Shown: one piece after another, positions 36,366-47,846 of the stretch
How positions within the stretch are numbered: position 1 is the stretch's first letter
Layout of the letters: the number at the start of each line of letters is the position of its first letter
Origin: Neophaeotheca triangularis
Taxonomy: Eukaryota
Assembly (NCBI GenBank): GCA_054600435.1
Contig: BAAIJX010000021.1
Coordinates: 310,001-374,000 of the forward strand
Direction: 5' to 3'
Length of the DNA stretch: 64,000 nucleotides
Position numbers and translations under genes: made by a program
The notes under the pieces: generated by a model
Told to the model about the DNA's origin: nothing
The model's input: the letters and a program-made list of their open reading frames with translations, nothing else
Database searches by the model: none

Positions 36366-37802
36366 ATGTCTACTGGAAGAGTGCGGGCAACACCGCAAGC
36401 CACGCCTGGACCCTCCACGCAATCGCGCGTGAGTAGTAGCAATCTACCAGAATACCAACGCCCTGCCTTTCCTCTGACGCCAGACGCACAACGAGCTTTG
36501 GCGAGCCTTGCAAGCAACAACAAGAGGCTGAAGGATCTGCAAGATAAACTGGAAGAGGCTGCCGCTGGTCTCAGCACCTCCGCTGGTGAAATCAACGACA
36601 GACTGACGAACAAGGAGGCTTCCTTTCAAAAGAGCCAGGCTCGGGCTAGGCGCAATACGCAAAATGGAGATGAGCCTGTGGACAATGCACAAGCCGAGCA
36701 GAGTCTAAACGCAATGAGGGAGAAGGTCAACAATATGACGCGCCGCATGGATCTCGGCATGCGCAAAACGATTGACGGCAAACACGACCTAGAGGCTATA
36801 CAGAAGAACTTGCTGAGCATTGCCACGGATGCTAGGGCCAACGCCAGTACTCAAGTAAGCACACAGCACCGGCGTGGGACGCAACGGGGGACGGCCGGTG
36901 AAGAGGGTGACGATGAAGGCGAGATTCAAGACTTCACTCCGACGGACCCATCTGGTGGCACCCAGGCTCAACCTAGCCCCCTTGATTTTTTCAAAAAGAA
37001 GACAGATGATTCCAAGACGCTGTATCAATCTTACGATTTGAGTCGGCGCTATGCGGCCAACAACGATTACCGTAACTTCAAACGTGTCGTCCACGATGCT
37101 CAACACCCCGAAGACGATGTTCCGGTGCCTCACGAGCGAACTTGGTTTCCTGAGGAAGCCGCTCCAGCACCTGGCGTCACAACTCGCGGCCAAGCTGGGG
37201 AGGATGATTCTGACGATGATGTCGCCGTCAGCCGGGCGACCGTCAGCACCAAGTGCCCCCTCACCTTGCAGGAGTTCAACCAACCGTACACTAGCAAAAA
37301 GTGTCCGCATAGCTTTGAGAAAGCCGCAATATTGCAGATGATTTCGCAGTCTCTTCATAAGGTGGGGGAAAGGCAGGGGCCAAGGGGGCAGATGGTGGGC
37401 GGGACCGAGAGATTTGTGCAATGTCCGGTTCCTGGCTGCAGCTCCGAGCTCACCAAGGACGATTTGCAAACGGATGATGTGCTAGTTCGCAAGATTCAGC
37501 GTATTCAGTATTCGAGGAAGCTCGCGGAAGAGGACGACGATGAAGATGACGGCGACGATACAAGGAGAGGCAATACGCAAAGACGGGCTACGATTCTTGA
37601 CGACGAGGATGATGATGACGATGCTGTAGATGTGGACGATATGGTGGACGGAGAGCAATCCAGAAGGCCAAGGGTGAAGCCTGAGCCCAGGAGCACGGCT
37701 GGGGCCTCGCAGCCACCGCAAGTCGCTGGGCGTTCAACGACGAGCTCAGGGGTGCAAGAGATTAGTGATGGGGAACATGAGGATGAGACTATGATAGATT
37801 AG
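36366..37802 (+). CDS. MMS21: Smc5/6 SUMO E3 ligase Nse2/Mms21 (SP-RING)
   Basis: N-terminal helical region, then KCPLTLQEFNQPYTSKKCPHSFEKAAI...CPVPGC. Confidence 0.85.
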   Translation: MSTGRVRATPQATPGPSTQSRVSSSNLPEYQRPAFPLTPDAQRALASLASNNKRLKDLQDKLEEAAAGLSTSAGEINDRLTNKEASFQKSQARARRNTQNGDEPVDNAQAEQSLNAMREKVNNMTRRMDLGMRKTIDGKHDLEAIQKNLLSIATDARANASTQVSTQHRRGTQRGTAGEEGDDEGEIQDFTPTDPSGGTQAQPSPLDFFKKKTDDSKTLYQSYDLSRRYAANNDYRNFKRVVHDAQHPEDDVPVPHERTWFPEEAAPAPGVTTRGQAGEDDSDDDVAVSRATVSTKCPLTLQEFNQPYTSKKCPHSFEKAAILQMISQSLHKVGERQGPRGQMVGGTERFVQCPVPGCSSELTKDDLQTDDVLVRKIQRIQYSRKLAEEDDDEDDGDDTRRGNTQRRATILDDEDDDDDAVDVDDMVDGEQSRRPRVKPEPRSTAGASQPPQVAGRSTTSSGVQEISDGEHEDETMID

Positions 37803-38384
37803 AAAATAGGCAAGCGATGGAGGTCCAGCTTAGTAGCTCGATACCCAAGCCACCAAACGTTCTGAACAATCGGCCACTGCCTCACCTGGAACCGCTTCTG
37901 CACTGTCGATAATTTTGTTTCACCGTTATCCATAATTAAGATGTGAATTTATGAACCTTCAAAGTGTCAAGAGCAATTCGACACGTGAAAGGGAGAGGGG
38001 GGGGGGAAGCACGTGGGAGCGCGACCATTGAAGTGGATCCACTGAATTAGTAGCTTAAAGTAGCAGGTGGTGGTCCAAGCTTGAACCTTTGAGTCCGTCC
38101 AGCTTTCCTCGAGAAGCTTCCATTCTACCACTACTTACCTACCTACACTCTCCACTGCGACCATCAAGGCCATTTCCAACTACCGATAGCTCCCTCACTA
38201 CGTCTACGGGTGACAGAGTATCATATACTGCCGACTAGCCAGACAACAATCGGAACACCGCATGGCAATATAGAACCAAGCATCCTCGTACATACATCTG
38301 GTCACTCGTCCGTCTTCTGGAATTAAACGATCTGGTCACTCTGCTTCGAACTCACGTTCGATACCTTATTCACTTTACGTCAAA

Positions 38385-41300
38385 ATGGCATCTGATACCA
38401 TGGCAAACGGTAGCACTGCTACCGAAGGCATGACCAACGCCGAGCGTCTGATGCAACAGCATGCCAGCGAGGAGTCGCACAAGGCCACTGTCGAAGATGC
38501 CCCTGATGAAGATCTCCCAGCTCCTGCCGCGCCCTCTGCACCTGCCCCGGTCAGCACTGAAGCCCCCACGACAGCCGAGCCTACCATGTCCGAAAGGGCT
38601 GCCGGCAAGCAGCCAGCTCGCGAGCAAAGCCAAGCTCCTAAGAAGCCTGCGCTTGATACCCAATCTGAAGAACTGTTCCCATCTCTCGGTGCTCCCAAGA
38701 GCCAACCTGCAGCCGCCCCGACTATGTGGTCCAAGAAGCCGGCGGCTGTGGGCAAGGCGGCAGGCGGCATGTCAAACGGCGTCGCAAACGGAGCCAACGC
38801 GCCCTCCAACGCGTCCCGCACCTCGACTACCGCATCCGGAATGATGACTCCTACATCAAGCGTTCCCACGCAGAAGGTCCCCGGTCAAATGTCTCTACCT
38901 GGTCGCTACAGCGAATCGATCAACCTACACCCCTCGATGCTCACGCCGAGGAACCAGCTCAAAAAGCCTGTTGCGGACATTCTGAGGGACATCAACAAGA
39001 GGTCGAAGGCTCATGTCGAAGAGAAGGCTGGTCCCAACGGTACAGTCAGGTTTGAGGGTACCGGCCCGGTCGATGCGGTCCGCATTGCGCTCAAGGAAGC
39101 CGCCGGCCAACTCTGCGCAAAGGTAGGTGACTTCAGACCCTGTGTCGCCCTGAATACCCTATTAATCTTGAGTAGCAAAACCTCGCCATTCCTGTTCCAG
39201 CATCTATCCGTGGCAGAATAGTTGGCAAACAAGGCGCTACTATCCAGGCCATCTCCAAAAAGACTGGTGCCAAGATCGATGTTTCAAAGCAAGAGGCGGC
39301 TGAGATACTTGCGGATGATGACATGGACAGCACTGTCGATGTTACCATTTCTGGCGACCCCTTTGCCGTTCAAATGGCGAGGCAAGACATCGAGCGCATC
39401 GTCAATGAGCACACTTCTTCGGTCAACACACGTCTCAAGCACATCCCCGCCGAGTACTACCCCTTCCTCGCAGGCCCGAACAATTCCCGTATTGAGGCCA
39501 TGCAGCAAGGTCGCGATCTCCGCATGCAGATTCCGCAGTACCACACATGGAACCAGCAGGCCCCGCCGCAAGCACCTGCCAACAGAAAGCCTGTGGCTTT
39601 CTCGCCTCAAGCACACCTTCCCATCCAAATGGGTGGTGACCGTCAAGCTGTGGCGGATGCGCGCGCTGAGCTTGACCGCCAGGTGCAAGAACTTCAAAGG
39701 CAGCTGACTCTTGAGCAATTGGCGATCGAGCGTGGCCGACACCAGTTCATCGTAGGTGACATGGGTACCTCTCTGAACGACTTCCTGGAGGAGACTGGCT
39801 GCGCCATTATCATGCCTCCCGATGGAGACGACTCGGAGATGCTTACCATTGTTGGTCCACCCGAAAGGATCGACGATGGCATGAACAAGATCATGGACTT
39901 GGCGTCCAGCATGGCATCGGCCAGCGCTGATGTTGCAAAGGCTCACGCCAATGCCCCCCGTGGAGCCCAGACCCATGCTCGTGATCTGACACGCTACTTG
40001 CAGCAACGTCAGGCCATCCAGCAACTCGAACAGCAACACAACGCCCGCATTGTCCCAGACAGCTCCGGTAACTGGCAGATCTACTCGCGTGACGGGAAGA
40101 ACGCCATGAAGGCACGTTCGGACGTCATGAACTTGATCAGTGGTCACCCGCCATCCCGCTTTGAGCCCATGAACATCGATCCATTCTACCATGAACACTT
40201 GCGACAGCACGCTGCCGCACACGTTCGCGACCAGTATGGTGTCCGTGTCGTGGTGCCTGACGAATACGACGACTCTCCTGTCTTGCTCGTGTTCGAGGAT
40301 CGCTCTCCTTCGCCAGACTACCAATTGCCAAAGCAGCGTCCCTCCCAGCAAGATTCGCAGAACTTCGAAAAGGCACTGCAAGAAGCGCAAAGGCATATCA
40401 TGGGTTTGATGAGCGGACAACAGGAGATTGTCTCTCGCGACGTAGACGCGCCGATCAAGTTCCACGACAAGATTCGCAGGCACACGGACCGTCAACAGCA
40501 GTCTCTTCCTCAAGGCCAGATCCCAGTGCAAGTCATGTACGGTGGACCCAGACAGCAAGCAGTGAGAAGGCAGCAGCAACCCAAGGTCAACCTCCGCGGA
40601 CCGCAAAACTCAGTAGACGAGCTCATGCAGAGTTTGCTCGCTTTTATCGAACAAGAGGAGAAGGACGAAGTGGAGCGTGGCTTCACCCTCACCTTTGACT
40701 TCCCCCAGAAGTTTGCCAATATTTTGATCGGCCGCAAGGGAGAGAACATCAACAAGCTGCGCGAGGAATTCGATGTTGACATCCAGCTCAACGACGGCAA
40801 GTGCGAAATCAAGGGACCCGAGGCCAAGGCGAACGCTTGCAAGAAGCACATTCTTGAAGTTGGCAAGAAGCTTGAGGATGAGCTTACTCACGTTCTGAAC
40901 ATTCCTCAGACCTACCACAGGGATCTCATCGGTCCACAGGGCAAGCAGGTCAACAGGCTGCAGGAGCGCTACAACGTTCGCGTTAACTTCCCGCGTACCG
41001 CCAACTCCGAGGAAGAGGTAGTTGGCGAAGAGTCTGCTCCCCGCCGTCCGAACCAAGCGCCCAACGAGGTTGTCATCAGGGGTCCAAGCCGTGGTGCCAA
41101 CGATTGCCGTGAAGAGCTGCTCAACCTTTTCCAGTGGGTCAAGGACAACTCTCACAGCGCAACTGTGTCTGTCGCGCAGAGCCAGCTGCCTTCGTTGATC
41201 GGAACTGGAGGCCGTGAAATGGAGAATATGCGTCTGGAGACGGGTGCTCAGATCGATGTCCCTGGAGCCAGGGATGCACCCAGCCAGGACGGACGTGCTG

Positions 41301-42470
41301 AGATCAAGCTCAAGGGCAGCAAGAAGGCTGTTGACGATGCGAAGAAGCTCCTCGAGCAGCGCGCTAGGATCTTTGACGATACCGTCACCCGGACAATGGA
41401 GGTCGACCGCAAGTTCCACCGCAACATCATCGGCCCCGGTGGTAAGTTAATCGTTCATCTCTTCGCCACCAGGCCATCGCTAACTCCCTACAGGTTCGAA
41501 GATGCGCGAAATCATCACCTCAGCCGGCGGCCCCGAGAACCCTCGTGACCAGCAGCGAACACTCCGCATCCCCAAGGGTGAGCAGGACCAGACTATCCGC
41601 GTTGAAGGCCAAAAGGCTGTTGTCGACAAGATCTGTGCTGCGATTCAAGCTCTCGTCGACGAGCACGCTGCCAAGGTGACAGACGTTGCTGAAGTCAAGG
41701 CGGACAAGCACCGCAACCTGATTGGCCGTGGTGGCGAAACGAAGCGCAACCTGGAGTCTCAATTCAACGTTGCCATCGACATTCCTCGCCAGACTGAGAC
41801 TGGACCAGAGCGTGAACGCGTCAAGATTATTGGCAAAGCTGAAGATGTCGAGAACTGTAAGGCGCACATTCTGGAACTCACCAAGGACCTTGAAGGCGAG
41901 ACGGTACAAGTGCCCAAGCGCTTCCACCATGTCGTCTCGGACAATGGCCAGTTTTTCAAGAACCTGCGCCGCGACCACAAGGTGACCGTCGACCATGCTG
42001 GTCAGCGACCACCGCCACGCTCGACCCCACCTACCCCTAGCCGTAATGCAGGCGGAAGCAACGGCGCCATGCCGCTGATTACCGACGATCCCTCGGCGAA
42101 TGAGAACACGCACAGCTTCGAATCCCACGACATCCACGCCTCAGCCGAAGATGGAGAAATCCCTTGGGTGCTTGCGGGTCCCTCGCAAGAAGCCCTCGCG
42201 GCCGCCAAGTCGAAGCTTGAGCGCGCTCTCGCCGAAGCCAGCAAGCAAGACACTGTCGGTTTCTTGATCCTACCCGACCCGAGATCTTACAGATTCGTCA
42301 TCGGCCCCGGAGGCAGCGAGATCAACCGTATCAGGAAGATGTCTGGAACCAAGATCCAGGTTCCGAGGGCTGAGAGTCAGGGAGAGGCGATCGAGATCAT
42401 CGGATCCAAGGAGGGTGTAGAGAAAGCTAGGGATGCGATTCTGGAGACTGTTGATAGAAACAGCCAGTAA
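38385..42470 (+). CDS. SCP160: Vigilin-like multi-KH RNA-binding protein
   Basis: Many KH GxxG loops (IVGKQG, LIGRKG, LIGPQG, LIGTGG, IIGPGG, LIGRGG, VIGPGG); N-terminal EELFPSLG motif; introns ~39123-39175 and ~41442-41493. Confidence 0.92.
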
Positions 42471-42967
42471 GGGGACTTGACCAAGGGTAGGGAGAGTTTG
42501 TGTGCAAAGGCAGCAGATGGCATGCAAGGTGATGGAGAGTGTAATTTTTGCTTAAATTTTTCGAGCGTTCAGCCCTGGGCTGTACGGTAGTGAGCATAAG
42601 AAAGTGATAAAAGCGTTTCTCACATTTACGTTGACCATTCCAGCTAGCCGATCTACACGTAAGGTAAGGTATCGAGGGTAGCTACTTCAGCAATGACAAG
42701 TAGAGAGAGGGTTAATCAAAGTGTACCTAGGTACCCGTACGCACTGTACGGGCGTACCTGACCCCAGAATTCGGCATGGCGAGGCGAAGGCGAATGACGC
42801 GCCTCCAGCTGCTGCGGCTCTCACTCACGTGGCGTCGTCAGGCACTAGCTTCACCCCAAACCACGACAGACATTACCATCCCAGGCAACATCTTCCTTCT
42901 TTCCTGTTGCCTGTCTTTCTGGTAGAGTTCCGTCAGTCACTCACTCCCTCATCCATCTACTCCTACC

Positions 42968-45206
42968 ATGTTCCGAACACAAGCAAACCCAATGGACAGC
43001 GTCGTCGGTGAGTCCAGTCCAGCCCACTCCACTCCAGTCCACTCCTCCCAGCCTTGCCCACTAACCCACCACGCTCTTCCCCAGCCAAGGCGACCGACGA
43101 GAATCTCACAAGCGAAAACTGGGAATACATCCTCGAAGTCTGCGACCGAGTCTCTGCATCCGCCTCGGGGCCCTCGCAAGCCATAGCCTCGCTGATCAAG
43201 CGCCTCGCCCACCGTAACGCCAACGTCCAGCTCTACACTCTTGAGCTCGCCAACGCCCTCTTCCAAAACTGCGGCCCGCCTCTGCACCGCGAACTCGCCA
43301 GCCGGAGTTTCACTGACGCGCTGCTGCGCTTGGCCGCCGACCGCAATACCCATGGCCAGGTCAAGAGCAAGGTGCTCGAGCGCATGAGCGAGTGGAGCTC
43401 GGCTATGCAGGGAACTCCGGAACTGGGGATTATGAGCGAGGCGGAGAAGAAGCTGCGGACTATGTTGCCGGGGTTGCAGAGGCCCGATAAACCTGGCAAG
43501 CAGCAGATTAGCAGCGAAGATAGACGAAAGGAGGATGAAGAGTTACAGCTGGCTTTGGCGGAGAGTTTGAAGGAAAAGGGTGGAACTGGGGAGTCTCAGG
43601 GTGCTATGGGTGGTAGCGTGAGGGATGATAGCGAGCCGCAGCCTGCACAGGCGCAAGCGGGTGCTGCGGCTGCGAGTGCCGGTGGTGCTGCGGGTAATCA
43701 GCCTGGTACGACTGCGGCTACTGTGAGTCGGGTCAGGGCGCTCTACGATTTCACGCCCTCGGAACCTGGTGAGCTGGCGTTTCGCAAGAACGATATCATC
43801 GCTGTGCTGGAGAGTGTATACAAGGACTGGTGGAAGGGGAGCTTGCGCGGTCAGACTGGTATCTTCCCGTTGAACTACGTGGAGAAGCTGCAAGATCCTA
43901 CCAAGGAAGAGATGGAGCGGGATGCTGGCATGGAGGCTGAGGTATTTGGTGAGATTCGGAATGTTGAGAAGCTGCTCGCGCTGCTTAGTGTGGGAGGTGT
44001 TGGAGAAGGGAGACGAGGAGAGCGGGAAGAGGAGGAGATTGGCGAGTTGTATCAGAGGACCTTGAGCATCAGACCGAAGCTGATAGAGTTGATTGGCAAA
44101 TATTCGCAAAAGAAAGGTATGTCACCAAAGGAGAAGGATGGTTCAAGCTTCATGTCGCTAACTGCTGTTCAGACGACTTCACACAGCTGAATGAGAAGTT
44201 CATCAAGGCGCGCCGGGACTACGAAGCACTCCTCGAGTCTTCCATGTCCGCACCTCAGCACTACAACGCCCCTCCACCGCATCAACAGTTCCCGATCCGT
44301 CAACAACAATACCCTCAGCAACACCCCCAGCAACCTCCCTATGCCGGTGGCTACCCGCCTCAGGGCCCTCCTTCAGCCGGACCATCACAAGGCTACACTC
44401 CACAGCAGCCATATGCCGCACAATCTACCCCTCACCTCGGACAAGATCCTTCAGGATTCTATTCCTCGCCAGCACCCTCAGAGCCACCCCATCAAGCCGG
44501 CTACGGCTCGCCTTATCCTCAATCGAACGGCCCGCCTCAGTCCCAAGCCAACGTCTCCGCCCCCTTCCACTTCATCCCTGGCGGTATGCCACCTGCTCCC
44601 GAGCCCAGCAGCGAGATCCCCCGCCGCCGGACACCCAAACCCTCAGCACCACCCATGCATGGCCCCAGCGACCCCTACTCCGGAGCTCCCAACGGCGGTT
44701 TCCAAGGCCAAATCCGGCCCAACAGCATCCACACCCTCAACTCCGGGAACCCGCAAGAACTCGCAACCAGCGGCTACGAAAGCCCGGTCGAGAACCGCAC
44801 CTCCTTCCCGCCATCCGCTTCGCAACAACAGCAACCCCAACAACCCTCACAGCCGCAACAACAAAACTACACCCCCTACCCTCCACAGGCACAACATCAA
44901 CACCCGTCCTCAACCGGCTACGACGGCTCAGACTCCCAAGACGGCTACCAAAGGACCAGCAGCATCTACTCCCAGCAAGTCGACCCGCAACCCGACGCTG
45001 CAGCAGGGTACCCACAAATGCCGCAGGGTGCGCCACCGCCGCCTCCACCCGGCTCTGGTTCTGGTGGCGGGGGTATGGAGCCCAGCTCGCCTCAGCAGCA
45101 GCAGCAGCAGCAGCCGCAGTATCAGTCCTATCAGCCTTATCAGCCGCAGCCACAGGGGCATGGCGGGTATGGAGTTGGTGGGGATCCGCAGGATTTCTAT
45201 CGGTAG
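42968..45206 (+). CDS. HSE1: ESCRT-0 subunit Hse1/STAM (VHS-UIM-SH3-GAT, P/Q-rich tail)
   Basis: KATDENLTSENWEYILEVCD, UIM EDEELQLALAESLKE, SH3 VRALYDF...WWKG...GIFPLNYV; introns ~43008-43084 and 44117-44172. Confidence 0.95.
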
Positions 45207-45770
45207 AGGGCAGAATGATGATTTCGAAAGCCTATAAGAATGGAAGCGGCCTTGGCGTTCGTCGACTACGAGTAGTTGGGAAGAGTGCGGCGCTGGTCAC
45301 AGAGGCATGGGAGACGTATACCTACGTAGCCAACACTTGAATCTAAGCAACCTGGCCTCCGGAGAACTTGTTTCGCTTCTCATGAACGTGCTGTTCGTCT
45401 TGTGGAGAGGTGTGTGATTCGCCGGGCCTGTTCAAGAGTCGGAATGATCGACAGCCAACATTATCAAGACCTACTATTCTCGACTTCAAGGAGCAAAGCA
45501 ACAGAAGGTACAAATAAATGTATAGTCCATGGTTCTTTCCATCAAGCGTCACCCTTTCTTCGAGTAGATCAACAACTCCCCGTTCGTTTCATCTCGTCTC
45601 ATCATCTGTATAAAAAAAGCAAAGGTATGCACACGTCGTTCTTCCTCCCCAAATCCCAGCACCGCCTCTTCCTCTCCTCCTGCCTTTTCACTTCCCATCC
45701 ACCCCTGCCCCTCCGTCTCTTTATCCTTACCCAATCCCTAGCTTTTCTCACTTCCCGCAATGCCAATCTC

Positions 45771-46676
45771 TTAGGCCAAGAACTTGAAAGCGGCAAAAGC
45801 CAACGCGCCACCGCCGATGATGGCAGCATACAAGCCAACGCCCATGCCGCCGGCCTCGCTAGCCGCGGGCTTGGAAGCAGAGGAAGTGGAAGCCGCGGCC
45901 GAGTTTTTGGCTGGGGGGTCGCCGTCCTATAAACGCACGCAAAGAAAAAGTTGTCAGCTGGAGTACCACGATGGAGGGGGGAGGGGAGGGGGGGAAATAG
46001 GTCATAGGATGCCTGAGCTGGCGTTTTTGTTCGTTGGAAAGGCGCGGGGCTAACGTACGACGCGTTTGAGGTTTCCGATGAGCATGCCCTCGAGGATTTC
46101 GCGCGCTTCGTCGCTGTGGCCGACGTCTTCGAAAGCTTCGGTTGCGTCTTGGCCGCCGACGTCGAGGAGGACTTCTTCACCGCCGCTGTGGGAGGGGAGA
46201 GTGTCTGGTTAGCTTTTCCTGTGATTGTTTGCTCGGGCTTGTATGCATGGTTTTGGTGAGTGGGTGGTCTGCTTTTGCTCTGCTCTGCTCTGCTCTGCTC
46301 TGCCCTCTCTCTCTGTCTCTCTGAAGGCTGGCCATCTGCTTCTCGCCCAAATGCTTTATAGCACAACCACTTGTCTCCCGCCTTCCTCCGCCACCCCTCC
46401 CACCACACACCCAACCGCAGTCACTCGACCAGCGCCCGCAGACCAAAGCAGGAGCAGACCGTACCAAAGAAACACCCCCACCACTCCCCAACCCAACCAA
46501 AAGAACCAGTATAGCAACAAGTAAAAGAGGGTGGGGAAGGGGAAAAAAAAAACCTACGGGTGCTCGTCCACAAAGCTGCTAGAGTTGTAAACCTTGTCGT
46601 GGATGACCATGTACAGGTCCTTCTTGCCCGTGTGCTCGGCGACGTCGGCGAAGGTGAATTCCTTGGTTTCGGACAT
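45771..46676 (-). CDS. CYB5: Cytochrome b5 (tail-anchored, 3 exons)
   Basis: [15 protein letters not shown]...[35 protein letters not shown]-terminal TM helix [21 protein letters not shown]. Confidence 0.95.
46276..46322 (+). repeat. (GCTCT)n and (CT)n microsatellite inside cytochrome b5 intron 1
   Basis: Read directly. Confidence 0.85.
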
Positions 46677-47846
46677 GGTGGTTGTGAGCTAGGTAGCTTT
46701 TGCTGGCTTTTTGGGGAGGAGTGTGAGAGGTGGTGGTGGTGGTGAGGGAGCGGTGTTCGGTCTCGTTGGCGGAAGGTGCGGTCGGTAAGATTTTCTTTTT
46801 TTGGGTGGGAGTGAGGTGCGTCTTGTGTCTTTCACCAGGTAGGTAAATAGGTTTGCGGTGAGACGAAGGATCAGGTCGTGGTGGTGGTGGTGGTTGGAGA
46901 AGCGTGGGTTGTTGGTTGAAGTTGGAGTCTCAGTCGGGGGTTTGAGGTACAGTACAGTAATCAGCGCGGCTCAGATACGTCGGAACGATAGCTCCGCCAA
47001 GAACTGACTGGGGGGAATGCGAATCTTCAAAAACGGTTGCTCGGCTCCGTCTTCGGCCAGCATCCGATAACTCGTAGTAGATAGACGTGGAGTGCTCGTC
47101 TTCTCTTAGCCTTGGATACCTGCGGGATTTCTTGCCTTGATAGGGAATTCCTTTTGGGTTAAAGCTCCTCCTACAGACAATCAGGCCGACAAAAAATCAC
47201 GTCTACACCTAGTTTATAGTCAATCACCTTATTAAAACACTTTTGACCGTCTCCTTTTGATGTTAGACCGTTTCCATACCCACAAGACTGAATACAGCTC
47301 GAAAATATAAACTATGCTGAAAAAAAAAAAAGAAGCCTCTCGCAACCTATCAAAAGGGCGGGCTGGGGGTGGGGTAAGATAAACTCCTCTGAATGTTAGA
47401 TTTCCGTTGCGTCGTTCGCCGCGAGGACAACGAAACGCGGCGGGGGCGGGAAGGCTACAATGTGCCCGGCGTTGGGTGGGTGTGAAAAGTAGAAAAAGGA
47501 AAACAACCGAAACGCCTTCGCTCTTGCGCTCTTTGCCCGCGTGTCCCTTTTCTTGTTGCTACGTTGCCGTCGTGTTCTCCGTTTGCTCCGTTTCCGTCTA
47601 TCTTTTCCTTGAGAATTGCTTGGTATAGGCCATATTTCGGGTGGCACTGGTGGAGTTGTGCTGTTCCCACACAAATGTTGGTCCGTTCTTGCAAGCAGAA
47701 GCAGAATCTCCAGATGCTGCGTGTGCCCGTGGCAGCGACCTTCGACACGCCGTGCGCGTAACGTCGACACCAGTAGTAGCGAGCGCCACCTGATGCGTGT
47801 TCTGAGCTCGAAAATTCCAATCTCAAGCCACGGGCGCGAAAGACGG

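Noticed and set aside
39284..42137. Long antisense ORFs (440, 269 and 205 aa)
   Set aside because: Shadow frames of the codon-biased SCP160 gene.
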